DNA of 38,508 nucleotides from Trichoplax sp. H2 (lineage: Eukaryota): the NCBI GenBank assembly GCA_003344405.1, contig NOWV01000234.1, positions 62,001 to 100,508 of the forward strand, in the 5' to 3' direction. Position 1 is the stretch's first letter. Each line of letters opens with the position of its first letter. Positions 12,001 to 24,717 of the stretch are shown here, piece by piece. The notes beneath the pieces were generated by a model, which saw only the letters and a list, made by a program, of their open reading frames with translations, had not been told where the DNA came from and made no database searches. The position numbers were made by a program, and so were the translations under genes.

Positions 12001-15000
12001 CTAGTTGTAAATAATAGAATAGAATACATCAGTGATGTTGACAAAGAACTGAATAATTGTTTATTATTGTTGCTGTCATAGTAGTGATCGATGTACGGTG
12101 TAGTAAGTTCAAGTAGTAGCCTGTCTAGAATGATGCGTCGATTTGAAGTAAAATATTGAGAAGGTTGTGCACCAGCTGTGAAGAAAGATTGCTATCGAGT
12201 GAATGTCTTGTCCTCTTCATTGATATAGCAGTTTAAACTACCAAGAACAAGTTATAGACGAATTTAGCAAATAGCAGCAAAGTACAAACTTAAAGTAGTT
12301 TCATGTTATAGCCTCTCTGGGATTACTTAAAGATTGAAATAAATCAGCTGGTAAGAAAGACTAGAGATTGAATGAACGTAGACTACTGTTGTATGTATCC
12401 ACAATTAAGGGAGCAGCTTCATATGGTAGTCTTTAATAGATCACGTATTGGTTAAAGTAAAATGAGTATATCACCTCATAATTGCCAATCTGGCTAGAGA
12501 AGAGTAGACATAAATGAATGCGGGTTATGTTGTCTTCATGATCGATATACAAATCTTATACGATAATAGTCTTTTCAGAATAACGTATAAATTAAATCAT
12601 CAAATTAGAAATATACTATCTGACAATGAGTACTGGATTTAATGAATGTTTGTTATCGTAGTACTGGATTAATCTCGTAAGCCAACAGCGAAATAGTAGT
12701 CTTTGGAGAATTACGTATAGGCTGAAAGTAGAATGAATCGAAACATTCTATACTAGCGTGTAATACAGAATTTCATTTGAATAAACATGATGATTTTGAT
12801 ACTGCTTGGAACTATATGACAATTTTAGCTATCAAAGGGAGGATAGTCTTTCTTGCATTGTGCAGAAATTGGAAATCAGTTGAAATACGCTATCCTCTAA
12901 TTCCTAACTGGTAATGAAGCATAGAATTGGAATTCATGCCGTCATCTGGTTATTGATCGACATGACAATTTTAGCTGTCAAGGGTTTAATCAACACTTAC
13001 TAAGATATACAGTTCTAATATCATCACTATAGTATATTCCCTGACACAGAACTACTGTTATTAGCTGAAATTAGGACAAAGGGTTAGTCTTATTACTGTA
13101 AAATTACCCATACTTTGGTAGTTCAATGAATCAAAACATTGTATGACTAGTTGGCAAGGAAGAGAATGGGATTGAATATATTCATTATCTTCTTATTTGA
13201 TTGATATGTAGTTTCAGCTGTCTTGGAATAGTCTTCCTTTAGTAGAATTACCCATAGGTTGGAACATTGCATAATAGCTGGCAAGAAACAATGAGATTGA
13301 ATTAACGTTACTAGCATACCCATATTATATACGAGTATAACTTTTCATCATTATCACAGCTTCAGCTTCTAAATACTACCGTAGTCTGTTAAGAGTAACG
13401 CAGATGTTGAAAGTAAAATAAATTGCGTAAAAGTAAGAAATTTTAATTAGCTGACAAGGAAAAATGCAATAGAATAAATAATTATTGGCGTGCCATTGAT
13501 CGGAAATGAAATGAATCATAAAATTGTATTCTAGCTGGCAATGGAGAGTGGGATGAAGTACTGCTATTGTCGTATTAAATTATTGATCAATATGTCGGCT
13601 TCAACATTTTCAAGTAATTAATTCTCAAGAATAACATATGCATTAGTAAAATCTGTATAGCAGGAATAATCGCAACAAACAGTAAGAAGCGAAAGTGCGG
13701 CTAGTGAGGTGTAAACAAGCCGCTTATGAATGCGAGTATTATCGTTATTGTTCTGCTTGCATTGGCCAAGTTTATCTGGATGCAATGATGTATACATAAG
13801 AAGGATTAAAAGATCATTGCATTTATTTTTATCATTATAATTTTATTATGGACAAACTGAGTTTATACTACCCACTTGCGGTATTTTCCTAAAGCCTTTG
13901 TAGATTGGTAACCCTGATTCAGTTCTAATTACAATTATAGAAAGGTTATCTACATTTCTCCTGTCACCTACGCGTGATTGAAGAAGAATGGATACTTTTA
14001 TTAAAATACAATCAATCCTTTTTGACGTCATCTTGTGACAGAATGAAAGGAAAATGAGATTTATAATGATGTTAAACGCATTTACTTACTTATATGCTTG
14101 ATTGTTATTGATTAGGATTCAACGCCGTTAGGATGCTTTATATTAGAAACTTGTAAAGTTGAAGAGTGTCTAAGTGTTGATAAAGAATTTACTTTTAATC
14201 TACGTGAGTACTATTCGTACTTTAATAGCTTTTACATTGCTTTCTATTTATCATCTCTACAAGGGTTACTGTATTTCTCTGACTTTATGTTATCAATGCT
14301 GGAACATTAAATATTCTATTTTCCTTCAGGTTTTGGTGGTGATGAAACCAGACCAGTTTGCTTAGCAGCAATATCAGGAGAGGAATACCGATCGTGGATA
14401 AGTGCCATTGAAACTGCTAGGTAGATATCTTTAAATGATACAGCCCATAAACGTGTGATCATAAGCGTTATTATACCTGTTCAACTCAGAACATATGTAT
14501 ACTGGAATAAGACATCGTAGTGATTCTTCAGTCCTTGTGATTTACAATTCGTATCGCAAAGTTATTTACTTTACGAAAATTGCCACATCTTAAGCTATGC
14601 AGGTTTAAGGAATCGTGTACTATCATTACGCACTGAACTAGAAGACGTACGAAAATCGATGAAGGTACAACGCCATTTATTGTAGTACTTTTTGAATCCA
14701 ATGGCATAATTTAGACAATTTTCGATTATTATTGTATAAAAATAATGTTTGCCTAAGTACTGACTTCGTATTGAAGTACCCCCCGTTCTAACTCGCTTAT
14801 TATTCCATCATAGCCTGTTTCGTTATATCCTAATTCAGGGGATAAAAATTCCGACTTTGGTATGTCAATGTTAACTGCATTCAATTTTGTAATAATAGAC
14901 ATTGATTTTGATGACTTGTTCAAACAATGTAAAGTAATCATCAATATCCGCAATTTTCCTCTAGGTGATATTCATGGGATCGAAATATTAATTGGTACAA

Positions 15001-18000
15001 TACCTTTCAATATAGCCAAACACTTCTCGCAATGTTATAATATCATTACAATCTTCTATCATGTTGCAGAATGTTCATTAGCTACAAGTTCTTTCAATTC
15101 GCCTCCAAGTACATATATATCATTAAGTATTCTTACTGCAAATAAGCATATATTTTGGCTGGAGCATTGTCAAACTGAGATTTGCGAGGTAGGATTGCGA
15201 CGATAGCACCATCTATGATAGATCGACATATAGAATGAATTTTTGAGCCCTATAAATTGTATCTGATAGCTATTAATATTTACGCCAAAGTATGATACCT
15301 TGTTTAAAGAGCAGATTAGTTCTGGTGTATTAAAAAATTGCATTGGTTACCTTTTGGTCGTTTATATCAAAGTATGATGCCTGATTTAAAGGAGAGATTA
15401 GTTTTAGTGAATTTATAAATGCTATCTGAAGACTCTTGATTGTTTTTACTAAAGTATGATACCTGATTGAACGAGTGGCTTAGTTATAGATATAGACCAT
15501 CAGATAATTTTTGACTACTTATAGTAAAATATGATGTCTGAACTAAAGAGTAGATGAGGTATAGAGCTTTTATTAGTTGCGCTTGATGACTCTCATGCTA
15601 AAGTACAATGCCTCATTTAAAGAGTAGATGAGTTGTAAGGTTTCATCAATTGCACCTGGTGACTCTTGTACTTATACTAAAGTACGATGCCTGATTTAAA
15701 GAGTAAATTAGCTATCGTTCGCAGTCTATTACGTTTTTAAAAAATAACGACGTTAAAATTTTTATTTTAGTTACCCTAAGATACAATATTGATTCAATAG
15801 CAATGAATTTACAGAGTATGAGTTGTGTCACTTTACTACGTACGATTAGCTCTTATCATGAGTATCTATGAGTCTTTCAAATTGTTAAGAGCAAACAGAA
15901 AGTAGCCATTTTTGCAAACTAAATATATTTCGTATCGTAAATTACAGGATAGCTATGAGCCATTCTATTTAACAAGTGCCTGCTTAAATTTTACGGAAAT
16001 GTCTATCAAGCCATCAACAGAGTTGAAATTCACGTTATTTATTGTACAAAATCGGAAGGAGGGCACTGTAAGTATTTTGTTGGTAATAGACTACGATAAA
16101 ATACCTACCAATAGGTAGTAAAGAGAATAGCTTGTTGACCTGATTCTTGTTGATAGAAAAATGTAGGTGGCTTCGCAACATGTCAAATGCAAGAAATAAT
16201 ACAGGCCTTAAATCAAAAAATTGTTTTTAAAATTAAGTGAGTAGATTCGAAATTGCCGTCCATTGATTACATAGTTTAATATTGTATTATTATCAATTTG
16301 TTAACCTTACTAGGCCTCAGGATCGGCCAGGTCTTGTGGGTACTATTAATATTGTACCTAAGGTAGTATAGAGCTGTAGAAATTAGATTTCAATTCAATA
16401 CGATAGATTTCGTCAATATTCTAAAATTACATTTTTCAATACGTCAGCTACACGATGGAGGATCAACACCAAGCCTTTCTACTGATGAGGTAACTGACAT
16501 GTTATAAATATCATTCATGGCATAATTATTGGATTTAAAAAAGTAAGCAAGTTATACTATTTCAATAGGCTTCTATTGCGCCTGAAATGCCAGTAAGATT
16601 TCCAGACATTCGACCGATTCGACCTTTCAAACATGACTTTTTAACGTATGCATAAAACGTACTCGTTATAGTACCGCTAACTAAAATGTATCGTGAATAA
16701 TATAACGTGTCTCTTAACTGTAGGAAAAGCTGTGCAAATTTATGTGCAAAGAATTATAGATTCCCTGTTGCGTAAGTTTTATTAAGGGCAAGTGTGTCAT
16801 GTGTAAATTTTTTAGTATACACTTACATTTGTCCTTATATATGCTCTGTGATGCTGTTACAATATTCTAGTGATGAAGTAGGGGATGAAGTAAAATGCAT
16901 GAGAGTAAAGGAAATGATGGGAGAAACAAAGATTTCTTTTTTAGTTCCACAGCAGTTACTGTAAGTTATATAACTGTCTGCTATCTATTTGCTATATTGC
17001 ATTAATTTTTACCGTCCGGTCGGAGCTTGTTTTCATTATTCACTTGTTATGCTAGCAATATATATATAGCTGCTGAAAAACTATCTATAGAAGAATTTAG
17101 CAGGCTTGGTGCAGTAAGTAGAGTTATCCTTGTGTATCTGCAGTTTTGGAAAGTCTTTTTATCGCAATTTATTTTATAACCATCATCTCTACGTACGAGC
17201 AGATGCAATCAAATTGGGAAACAATTCGATATAAAGTTATACAGGAACATGTTGATTTATGCACTGAATATGAAGAGAGCTTACAAGAAATTAAGAAATT
17301 TACTGGTCAGTAAGATGTCAATGTTGGAAATTCTATAGTAAACTTAAATTGATCAATAAAACGCATTTCTTAGATCCGTACTTTAAACCGAGTAAATATA
17401 AGATGGAACAAAAGTACCAGTTTATACCCACGAACCTACATATACAAGGAATTGCTATTTTAGATCCATTTGATGACGGTTAGTTTCTTTCCCTCCTTAC
17501 AATATACGCGGCATCATAGTCAATCTTTATTATTGATAACCTATAATGAGTTCCTGCTAATTAATATTTCAGAGCACCATTATAGCGTCACTACTGTTGG
17601 TGCTGCTGCGGCGCATTCAATGAAATTCAAAAACGGTGGACTTTACAAGCAATTGCGACAACTGTCATTGAGAGATTCTACCAAGTTAGTAAAATTAAAA
17701 GTATTGTTTTTCCTAAATGTGCGTATAACTATAATTGAGCATGTCAATCACGTTACAATTTATCCATAGATCACAAACTGAAGATCATATAAATGAGGAG
17801 TACTCAGCAAGAGAATTAAAAGGTGCCAGAAATTGTCGTAGCTACAGTATTTATCATTAAATATGCTAATATCACTTATTTCGTATATTATTTAGCAACC
17901 ACGAGGACAATATATTTTAGATTTACTGAAAATCTAAATAAATTAAAAACGTAAGTACAGTATGTTAAATCTCAAAATTAAAATGAAACTTGTGTAATGC

Positions 18001-20656
18001 TTATGCTTTATACTTTCACTACAGTTTGCTTAAAAGTGCAAAATCACCGAAAGATATTGAGTCTACATGGAATAACGTAGCGGATAGCGTACGTTTGAAT
18101 TGATTATTATTTATCGACTAGGCTGAATCTTATAAATAGTAGTTTTGAACATTTTACTGATCATATTAACGCAAGAATTTATTTCATATGATCCATTAAA
18201 GACTCGCTATTTGATGAACATATACAACAATAAGATTGTGCAATCGCTGTTAACTGAATATAAAAATTGCCAAAAAGTACTACAGTCAACCAAAGATGTA
18301 TTGAAAAATTTCGACTTTACACGTAAAGTAATTGCTCAAGATAACGGTAAGCTACTGGTAAAGTAAAATATATCATTACAAATGATTACTGAAACATTCT
18401 TGCCTAATTGCCAACATCCCTGATTTAATAGATTGGGAATGGATGGAAGCAAATTTGCAATATTTTACTGCTATGCAGCCAAATAGCTCACAAGTTAATC
18501 ATTATGGACCTGAAGATGTACTGTCATCACTATCTTCTAAAATTTATAACTTTAAACCTAATCAACCATGTACGTACTTATAACGTTAAGTAAAAATCAA
18601 CTATTTTCATTTATCTATAATTAATCTTCTTATGAAATACTGCTTTCTTGTATATTAGTAACGGATGAAAAAGATTCAATTTTACAATTAGAGGAACAAG
18701 TAAAGGAAAGTGTTTCTCACATTATTGACGCCACTACTTTTGCTAGGATGAAGGTAATTATATCGTAAAGTTAAAATACTAGTTGAAACGAAATTAATAC
18801 TGTCCATATTGCATGAACAGAAATCGAATTATTTATACTTTATAGGACGAAAATTCCAAGATTGAAAGTTTGAAGAATATTCGTAGACGTCGGGATATTG
18901 TGTTTTCGCAAGTTGTACGTGGTTAATGTTACTTATACGTAAGAAATAGTCGACATTATGCATTTAAAATGTCAATTTTTTTCTTTTGTTTAACCACGGT
19001 CTAGGTCTCAGCTCTTGTTGCATCATTCTATTATAAAATCATGTACGAGAATATTTATAATCCGAAATATTTTGATCAAATAATGACGATCGGATTTTTG
19101 GCATCATTCGAAAGCCTTCTTAGCAACTATGGTTAGATGTACTCGTATATATATATACATTATACAGTATATGCGGCTTGTATCGTAATCATTATTTTTA
19201 GGTTGAAAATGCTGAGTTTCTTCTTTGGCATGATAGGTGACGAGACTGGCATGCTTGAAGACATGTGGATTGGTGTCCGAGATTGTAAGAATGTTTCCTT
19301 TAAGGTAATACAATAGGCAATAATATTTGACGCAATGAATTGGTTAATTGAAAAGATTGGGAATTATCTCATTACAATTCTTTTATTTCTAACTGCTTAT
19401 TGCAGATAAACCGTGCAAAAGGTGATCAACCTTCGCCAATACCTAGCATTAGCGGTTCAAGGTAAAGCGTTACTTATTTTTTTATGATACTAATTACGAA
19501 TCTGATATTTGCACAGTACTGTGTATTTGCCATTTTCAACTAAGGTATTCTCATATTACTTGTAGGACCCACTTAATTGTCAATATTGAACTAGAGGAGA
19601 AGGCCTTTTCTGAATTGCCTGAGCCTTTGCAAACGGGAAGAAAATTAATTAAAGTTGTTCCAGTTCTATTTACTGTTGGTATTAATGAGCAGGCCACAAT
19701 TGCTGAAAGGTTTGATGTTCAAGCTCAAAATTTTATTCTGCAACTACCTATGGTTATAATGTAATGCCCTAATCTAGTTTATCTGTTATCATTACTAGAC
19801 TTGGACAAGTCGCTTTGCAAGATGCTATCAATGATTGGAGTTTTAAACGATTCAAAGCTTATTTTGAGCAATATAGGACAATGCATCCTAATACAAGTTC
19901 GTACATAAGTATGATAAATATGTCGAAAAAAGAGAGAAATGGTGATGGTTGCCATCAGTTTCGATGTTTTAGACAGATGCCATAGCATACGTACGCTAAT
20001 ATACTGTCTTTTTCTTTGATAATTCTGTAGGAACTAGCAAAAGTAGCTACTCTCCATCTTTGAGTGAATCCTTACAGAAATTGGAAGAAATTATACAAAA
20101 GAAAGCAAATAAGAACATTGGAATATTGATTCAAAGTGAAGAGGTACAAAATATCTGTCTTTATTACCTAATGGGCTTGTTCATTATAGTGCCATTGATA
20201 CTTGCTATGCGAGTTTTAACCACGTTGATTTTATTGTATATCTGCAATATAGATTTGTCGTAGACTAGATGGCGGAAGATTAACTTGTTGTAAAAGTGGT
20301 AAAGATCGTACGTCTATGTCAGTTACATTAGAACAATGTTTGTTATTGAGGAATGAACATAATCTTGAGAAGAAATATTTTGAACGAGCATTAGAAACAA
20401 TGAGAAGGTAATTCCTATGTTGTCTATTTTTAATATGCTCCTTTGATTTCATAAGTACAGTACTACGTGCTGATGGGTAGTAAAAATATATTCGTACTAC
20501 AGCGTTTTTATTTGCATTGACAGTGAGGGTCCTCGACGTGAAAATACTTGGAAAAACGCTAATGCTCGATGTTACGCTTTTAATCGTATGCAAGTGATGG
20601 TTTTACCTAATTTGTATAAACCACCTGCAGGAACTTATGGCAGTGCGCAAACATAG
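6088..20656 (+). CDS. INPP4: Inositol polyphosphate (PI(3,4)P2) 4-phosphatase, INPP4A/B family; PH + C2 + CX5R phosphatase domain; 34 coding exons, 3027 nt, ~1008 aa
   Basis: Hand-spliced GT-AG exons with consistent phases: 6088-6208, 7861-7925, 14116-14203, 14330-14420, 14595-14664, 14814-14859, 14965-14994, 15070-15188, 15948-16067, 16157-16236, 16314-16362, 16448-16489, 16569-16645, 16724-16771, 16871-16960, 17056-17113, 17203-17305, 17374-17478, 17573-17684, 17770-17822, 17896-17950, 18025-18088, 18202-18346, 18432-18569, 18659-18753, 18846-18914, 19005-19131, 19237-19304, 19406-19461, 19566-19709, 19799-19896, 20031-20143, 20253-20407, 20524-20656. INPP4 hallmark peptides recognised: WLEHCQTEI (C2), [99 protein letters not shown]. 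Exons 6-7 and 20-25 are in poorly conserved linkers and their boundaries are less certain. A vs B paralog cannot be assigned. Confidence 0.93.
6550..7720. repeat. Intronic tandem array built on TGATGATGGCG-TTTTCATGCTTTCTT (55-60 bp), with a near-perfect 55-bp core and decayed flanks
   Basis: Exact 55-bp period at 6991/7046/7101/7156/7211; 60-bp period around 6800-6940; motif degrades progressively on both sides. Lies in INPP4 intron 1. Confidence 0.9.
8975..9450. repeat. Degenerate ~120-bp tandem repeat in INPP4 intron 2
   Basis: TCGATAGGAG at ~8977, 9253, 9374; GACGAGAA at ~9057, 9196, 9315, 9434. Confidence 0.7.
10190..11350. repeat. Highly decayed ~100-130 bp tandem repeat in INPP4 intron 2
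   Basis: Recurrent TTACTCTACAATCATACTAATGA / GCAATATTCT / TGTTTACAAGT / ATTCCTTTCA modules in constant order. Confidence 0.65.
11529..11618 (+). CDS. Candidate alternative first exon / nested secreted-protein exon encoding a signal-peptide-like sequence
   Basis: ATG-initiated 30 codons [30 protein letters not shown] followed directly by GTAAGT; phase 0, matching INPP4 exon 3. Confidence 0.4.
12050..13650. repeat. Highly decayed ~140-bp tandem repeat in INPP4 intron 2
   Basis: Recurrent GATCGATAT / TAGTCTT / AGAATTACGTATAG / TTGAAAGTAAAATGAAT / AGCTGGCAAGGAA modules in constant order. Confidence 0.6.
15280..15715. repeat. ~78-bp tandem repeat x6 that enlarges INPP4 intron 8
   Basis: AAAGTATGATGCCTGATTTAAAGAGTAGATTAGT-like unit at ~15287, 15369, 15451, 15527, 15600, 15679. 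Confidence 0.8.
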
Positions 20657-21411
20657 TCTCTTAGATAGTATTTGTCGTATTTTTATATACCGTATCACGA
20701 AGTTTCCGAGATATTCATATAGTTACATGCAATTTTAAGGAATTGTATTAGCAAGATGACACACGCACAAATATCGGTGGCTGTAAAAGTTAGCTTAAGT
20801 CATATTTTACGAGTATTTAGATATTACCCTTTTGAGTTGGCTAAGGGTTGTACTGAAGCATAAAACTCACTTTTTGTATTATATAGAATATCTTGCTAAG
20901 CAACCTAGTTAGAGTAGATGTATTATTATAGAAATTTTAAGACATTGGCTTGCATACGTAGTATCTATTCGTTCTATATCGATGTATCTGTAGATATACA
21001 CATTTGTGTCTATATTTATTTTACCTTCATAGTAGTATTTAATAGGCAACTACTATGTTATTTGTATATTTTGTCACAACTTTGTCACTCAAAATATACG
21101 AGGTTTGATATAAGTATGAGAATCTTTTTAATGACGTATTTTTGCTATCTTAATAAATAACCGCGCTACTGCATAGTAACAATATTTACAATGTCTTGAA
21201 TATTATTTTGCACTCTTGTAGAAGCATAGATATTATCGTATTCTTCTGTTTTCATATCACATTTGGACTTGTTTATAAAATTATTTTGTCATTTGGATAG
21301 ATACATATTTATGTCAATTTAATATTGAATAAAAAAAGGCATTTAAAAATAGATTGTCATTTTGCTTAAAATTATTACTTAATTTTATGTTAGATAACAT
21401 ATTAACTTGGG

Positions 21412-24400
21412 TTACCAAAATTCATCATCATCGTCGCTGTCATCATGTTGATCAATTCCGTCAAATAACTTGTTGAAGCATCGGCTACTGGGATTAGAAA
21501 AATGAATATATGGTCTATGTTTATCTAGTTTTTGTAGACAAATCCAGCAAAAGTTACCATGACATATAACACAATGCATTTTATTACAACCATCTTTCTT
21601 TTCGATATCAGCTCTACATCTTGGGCATCGTTTGCTATTTTTTTGTAGCCAGTCTTCGCTTTGAATTTGCTCTATAACTTTGTGTAACTTTTGCTCACCA
21701 TAGAGTTTGACCATTTCAAGGCGTTCTTCAGCATTACCGTTCATGTAGCGCTCGCATAATTCGCGTGCATCTTTAGGACTGAGTGTACATGGCACGACGC
21801 CATGATAGGCTCGTTGACATTTAATGCAAAATGCATATTGGCAGCCAGGACAGCGTCCTAAAAGGCTATTTTTCTCTACTAAAACGGCCGTTTGACAGGA
21901 TAATCTAGGGCAGTAGACAACATCAGACATAGTCTCTAGAGCAGAGCGTAGTTGTAGTTGTTCATATCTCTCGTAATATTCATTACTAACGAGTCGTTGA
22001 ATCATTAATGGTAATATTTGAGAGGAACACTCTTGACTTGGGCAGGCGATGGGATTGACTTTACCATCATCAATCATGACCGTGATGTAATTACTGACAC
22101 AATCTTTGCAATGAACATGTTGACAAGGTTGCAATTGGACACAATCGGCGCCAGATTTTTCATCGAAACATATATTACAAGCATGATAGCCGTTGATGAA
22201 ATTTCTATCGATAGTTTGTTCATTAAACGTAATAATCCTTTCCATGATCATATTTAGCGATGGTATTTCTTGTACAACACGTGGATCAACGACTCGTACT
22301 GGATCGGATAGATCTTCTTCTTGTGAGGTAGTAGCACTTTTTTTACTCTTTAAGTGTAAGCATACTGATTGTAAAATGCCTAATTTATCGATTGCTTCAT
22401 CGGTTAGAAATTGAAACCAATCGAATAGGACAACGCAGCCTGTGTTGTCCTCCCATATTTGATCCAAATGTTCGCAAAGAAGCGAGAGCTAAAGTAGATC
22501 ATAAAGAAGAAGATATAGTTTAGTGTTGCATTTCAGCAATAAGGTTAAGATACTGTAGCTCATTTCCATTCTACCCTTACATAATGTATGTGCATATCTC
22601 ACGAACTGTGATAAAGTTATACAACCATTGCGATGAGTTGAGGCTAAGATAAATGTACTGTATAGTAGATCTGCTATGGCTTATGCCGATATTTAAATAC
22701 TGTAGTGTTGGTGCTAACCGAAGAGCAGGTCTTCTGCATTAAGAGGAAGGACCGTATTGAGTTTGCTTACCGTAATTTTATTGAATCACTGTGATAAAGC
22801 TTTACGACTACTACTTATACGCTTGATTATTATTTCTTATTCAAATTACTTCTAGCTGACCAATCGAAATTTTTCTTTCTTCTATAAGATAATCTATTAA
22901 TCAATCTTAGCCATAATACAGTCTACTTAATTGCTATTGAGACTTCTTGCTTCTATAAGATTATTCATGAACTAGTATAGTAGGCTATGAAATAACAAAG
23001 CTTAAATATAGCCTAATTTATTTAATTGATTAATTGATTGCATGGTGTAGATGTCTATAATATACAGTCCTTGGAATACTTTAAATAGTCTGTTGTGTAT
23101 ACGCATATATTGGCATAATTTTGTTGAATAACTACGATAATGCTCCAAAACAAATTAATTGATTAATCGTAATACTAGATCATAAAGTATTTTTCCATTT
23201 GACTACCCCTGTTGGTCATTCCTATTTCTCTATGTCTGATTGCATCCAGCGGAGTTTGAGGAGACAGTCATCATCTTAAACTTAAGGCAGAGCTTTACAA
23301 GGCATTCTTAATGGACTATATTAATTGGATAACTCCAACATTATTCAATCAATTAATGGATACAAGCTTGTAATTTATTAAGCCAGCAACAAGATATTGC
23401 AATATGCAATAAATGATTAGAAGCTAATATAAAATAGTCGATGTGATAATCAAGTTTAACTATAATACAATTTAATTAATTAACTGAGGGAAGTTGGTAA
23501 GATTAGGATTAGTATATTTCATCTGTTATGTCTCTATTAGCATCATTAGCCCAACTACTTGCACAATGATCTTAAAGTTTTCTTCAGTTTGACTGCCCTT
23601 GTTGATCATTCATACGAGTATATCCTCCGGATGTAACTGCAAGTTCGATTGCATCCAGTAGAATGGGAAGAGGCAGTCATTACAATAATGTTAAAACAGG
23701 ATATTGTATGACGCTTTAGTGCATTATATTAGTTGGATGACTCTAACATTATTCATGCAATTAATGAGTACAGACCTGCAATTAATTAAGCCAACAGCAA
23801 GATAGTGTAATATAGATGGTTGAGGGCTAGTACAATATGCAATAGTCAATGAGACAATCAAGTTGAAGTACTCGTATAATAATACAATTTGATTGATTAA
23901 CTAAGGTGGAGTTGGTCAGACTAGGATTAGCCTAATTCATCTATTATGTACTCATTAGCACTATTAGTCTAAACATTATGCTAGATCATAAAGTAATTTT
24001 CCGTTCGACTACCCTATTGATCATGATCATTGCTATTTCCCCATATCTGAGGCAACTTCAAGCTCGATTGCATCCAAATGAAGCTTGAAGAGACAGTCAT
24101 GACATTCAGTTCAAGACAAGCCATTGCATAAGATCTTTCGTGCGTTCAATTGATTGGATCACTGTAGGACTATTCAACTCACAGACACAAACCTGAAATT
24201 TATTAAGCCAGCAACAAGATATTGTAAATGTAGGTGGCCGGAGGCTAGGATAACACTTTGGCAAAGTGAATTCCAGGCAAATGGCGGGCAGGTAGCTAAT
24301 GGCGTAAGTTTGCACTTGATCTTGGCTTCTTTCAACGATCACTTGAAATGACGGTGGGATATTAACCATCGCATACAGTATTCCTCCTAATTGATTTGCC

Positions 24401-24504
24401 GTTTCATCGTATGGCTGGAATGTATCTAAATCATAGATCGAAGTTAAGGCAGAAAGTTCATTTTCTTGCTCCACTTGATCGCAATCTTCATCACCATCCG
24501 CCAT
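21412..24504 (-). CDS. RNF14: E3 ubiquitin ligase RNF14 (ARA54): RWD domain + RING1-IBR-RING2 (RBR); 2 exons, ~462 aa
   Basis: Exon 1 24504-24193 (MADGDEDCDQVEQENELSALTSIY...YLPAICLEFTLPKCYPSLRPPTFTISCCWLNKFQ|gt; RWD with LPxxYP motif). Exon 2 22488-21412 (ag|LSLLCEHLDQIWEDNTGCVVLFDWFQFL; RING1 CNICF..C.H.HC..C; IBR YCPRLSC..CPGC.YAFC..C..YHG; RING2 CPRC..IEKKDGCNKMHC..C..FCWIC). Phase-0 junction joins the two ORFs in the track. Confidence 0.93.
23170..24250. repeat. ~410-bp degenerate tandem triplication overlapping the RNF14 exon 1 3' end
   Basis: CTAGATCATAAAGT...GACTACCC...GATTGCATCCA...AGACAGTCAT...TTAAGCCAGCAACAAGATA units start at ~23174, 23567, 23981; the third runs into coding exon 1. 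Confidence 0.85.
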
Positions 24505-24717
24505 GGCAACGTCCTGTGAATGCAGCAACGCTAGAGTGGTTATCCCTCTGCTCCCGTACAGTACCAACTACTGTACACTGTACGTCACAGAAATCCATAT
24601 TCATTTCCAATGACAAGTTGCAAGTCCAGTCTAGTGCTGTTGCTCTGCTGTACTGTATTGCGCACTATATAGTATTGTCTTCCGCTCTTGCCGGTAATCA
24701 TGGAGACCGCATCAGCC

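Noticed and set aside
20657..21411. Overlapping convergent 3'UTRs of INPP4 and RNF14
   Set aside because: Poly(A)-like hexamers occur at several positions on both strands, including ATTAAA close to the RNF14 stop, so overlap cannot be inferred from sequence.
24505..24567. N-terminal extension of RNF14 given by the ORF track
   Set aside because: It starts at a non-ATG codon; the first ATG at 24504 directly precedes the RWD domain.
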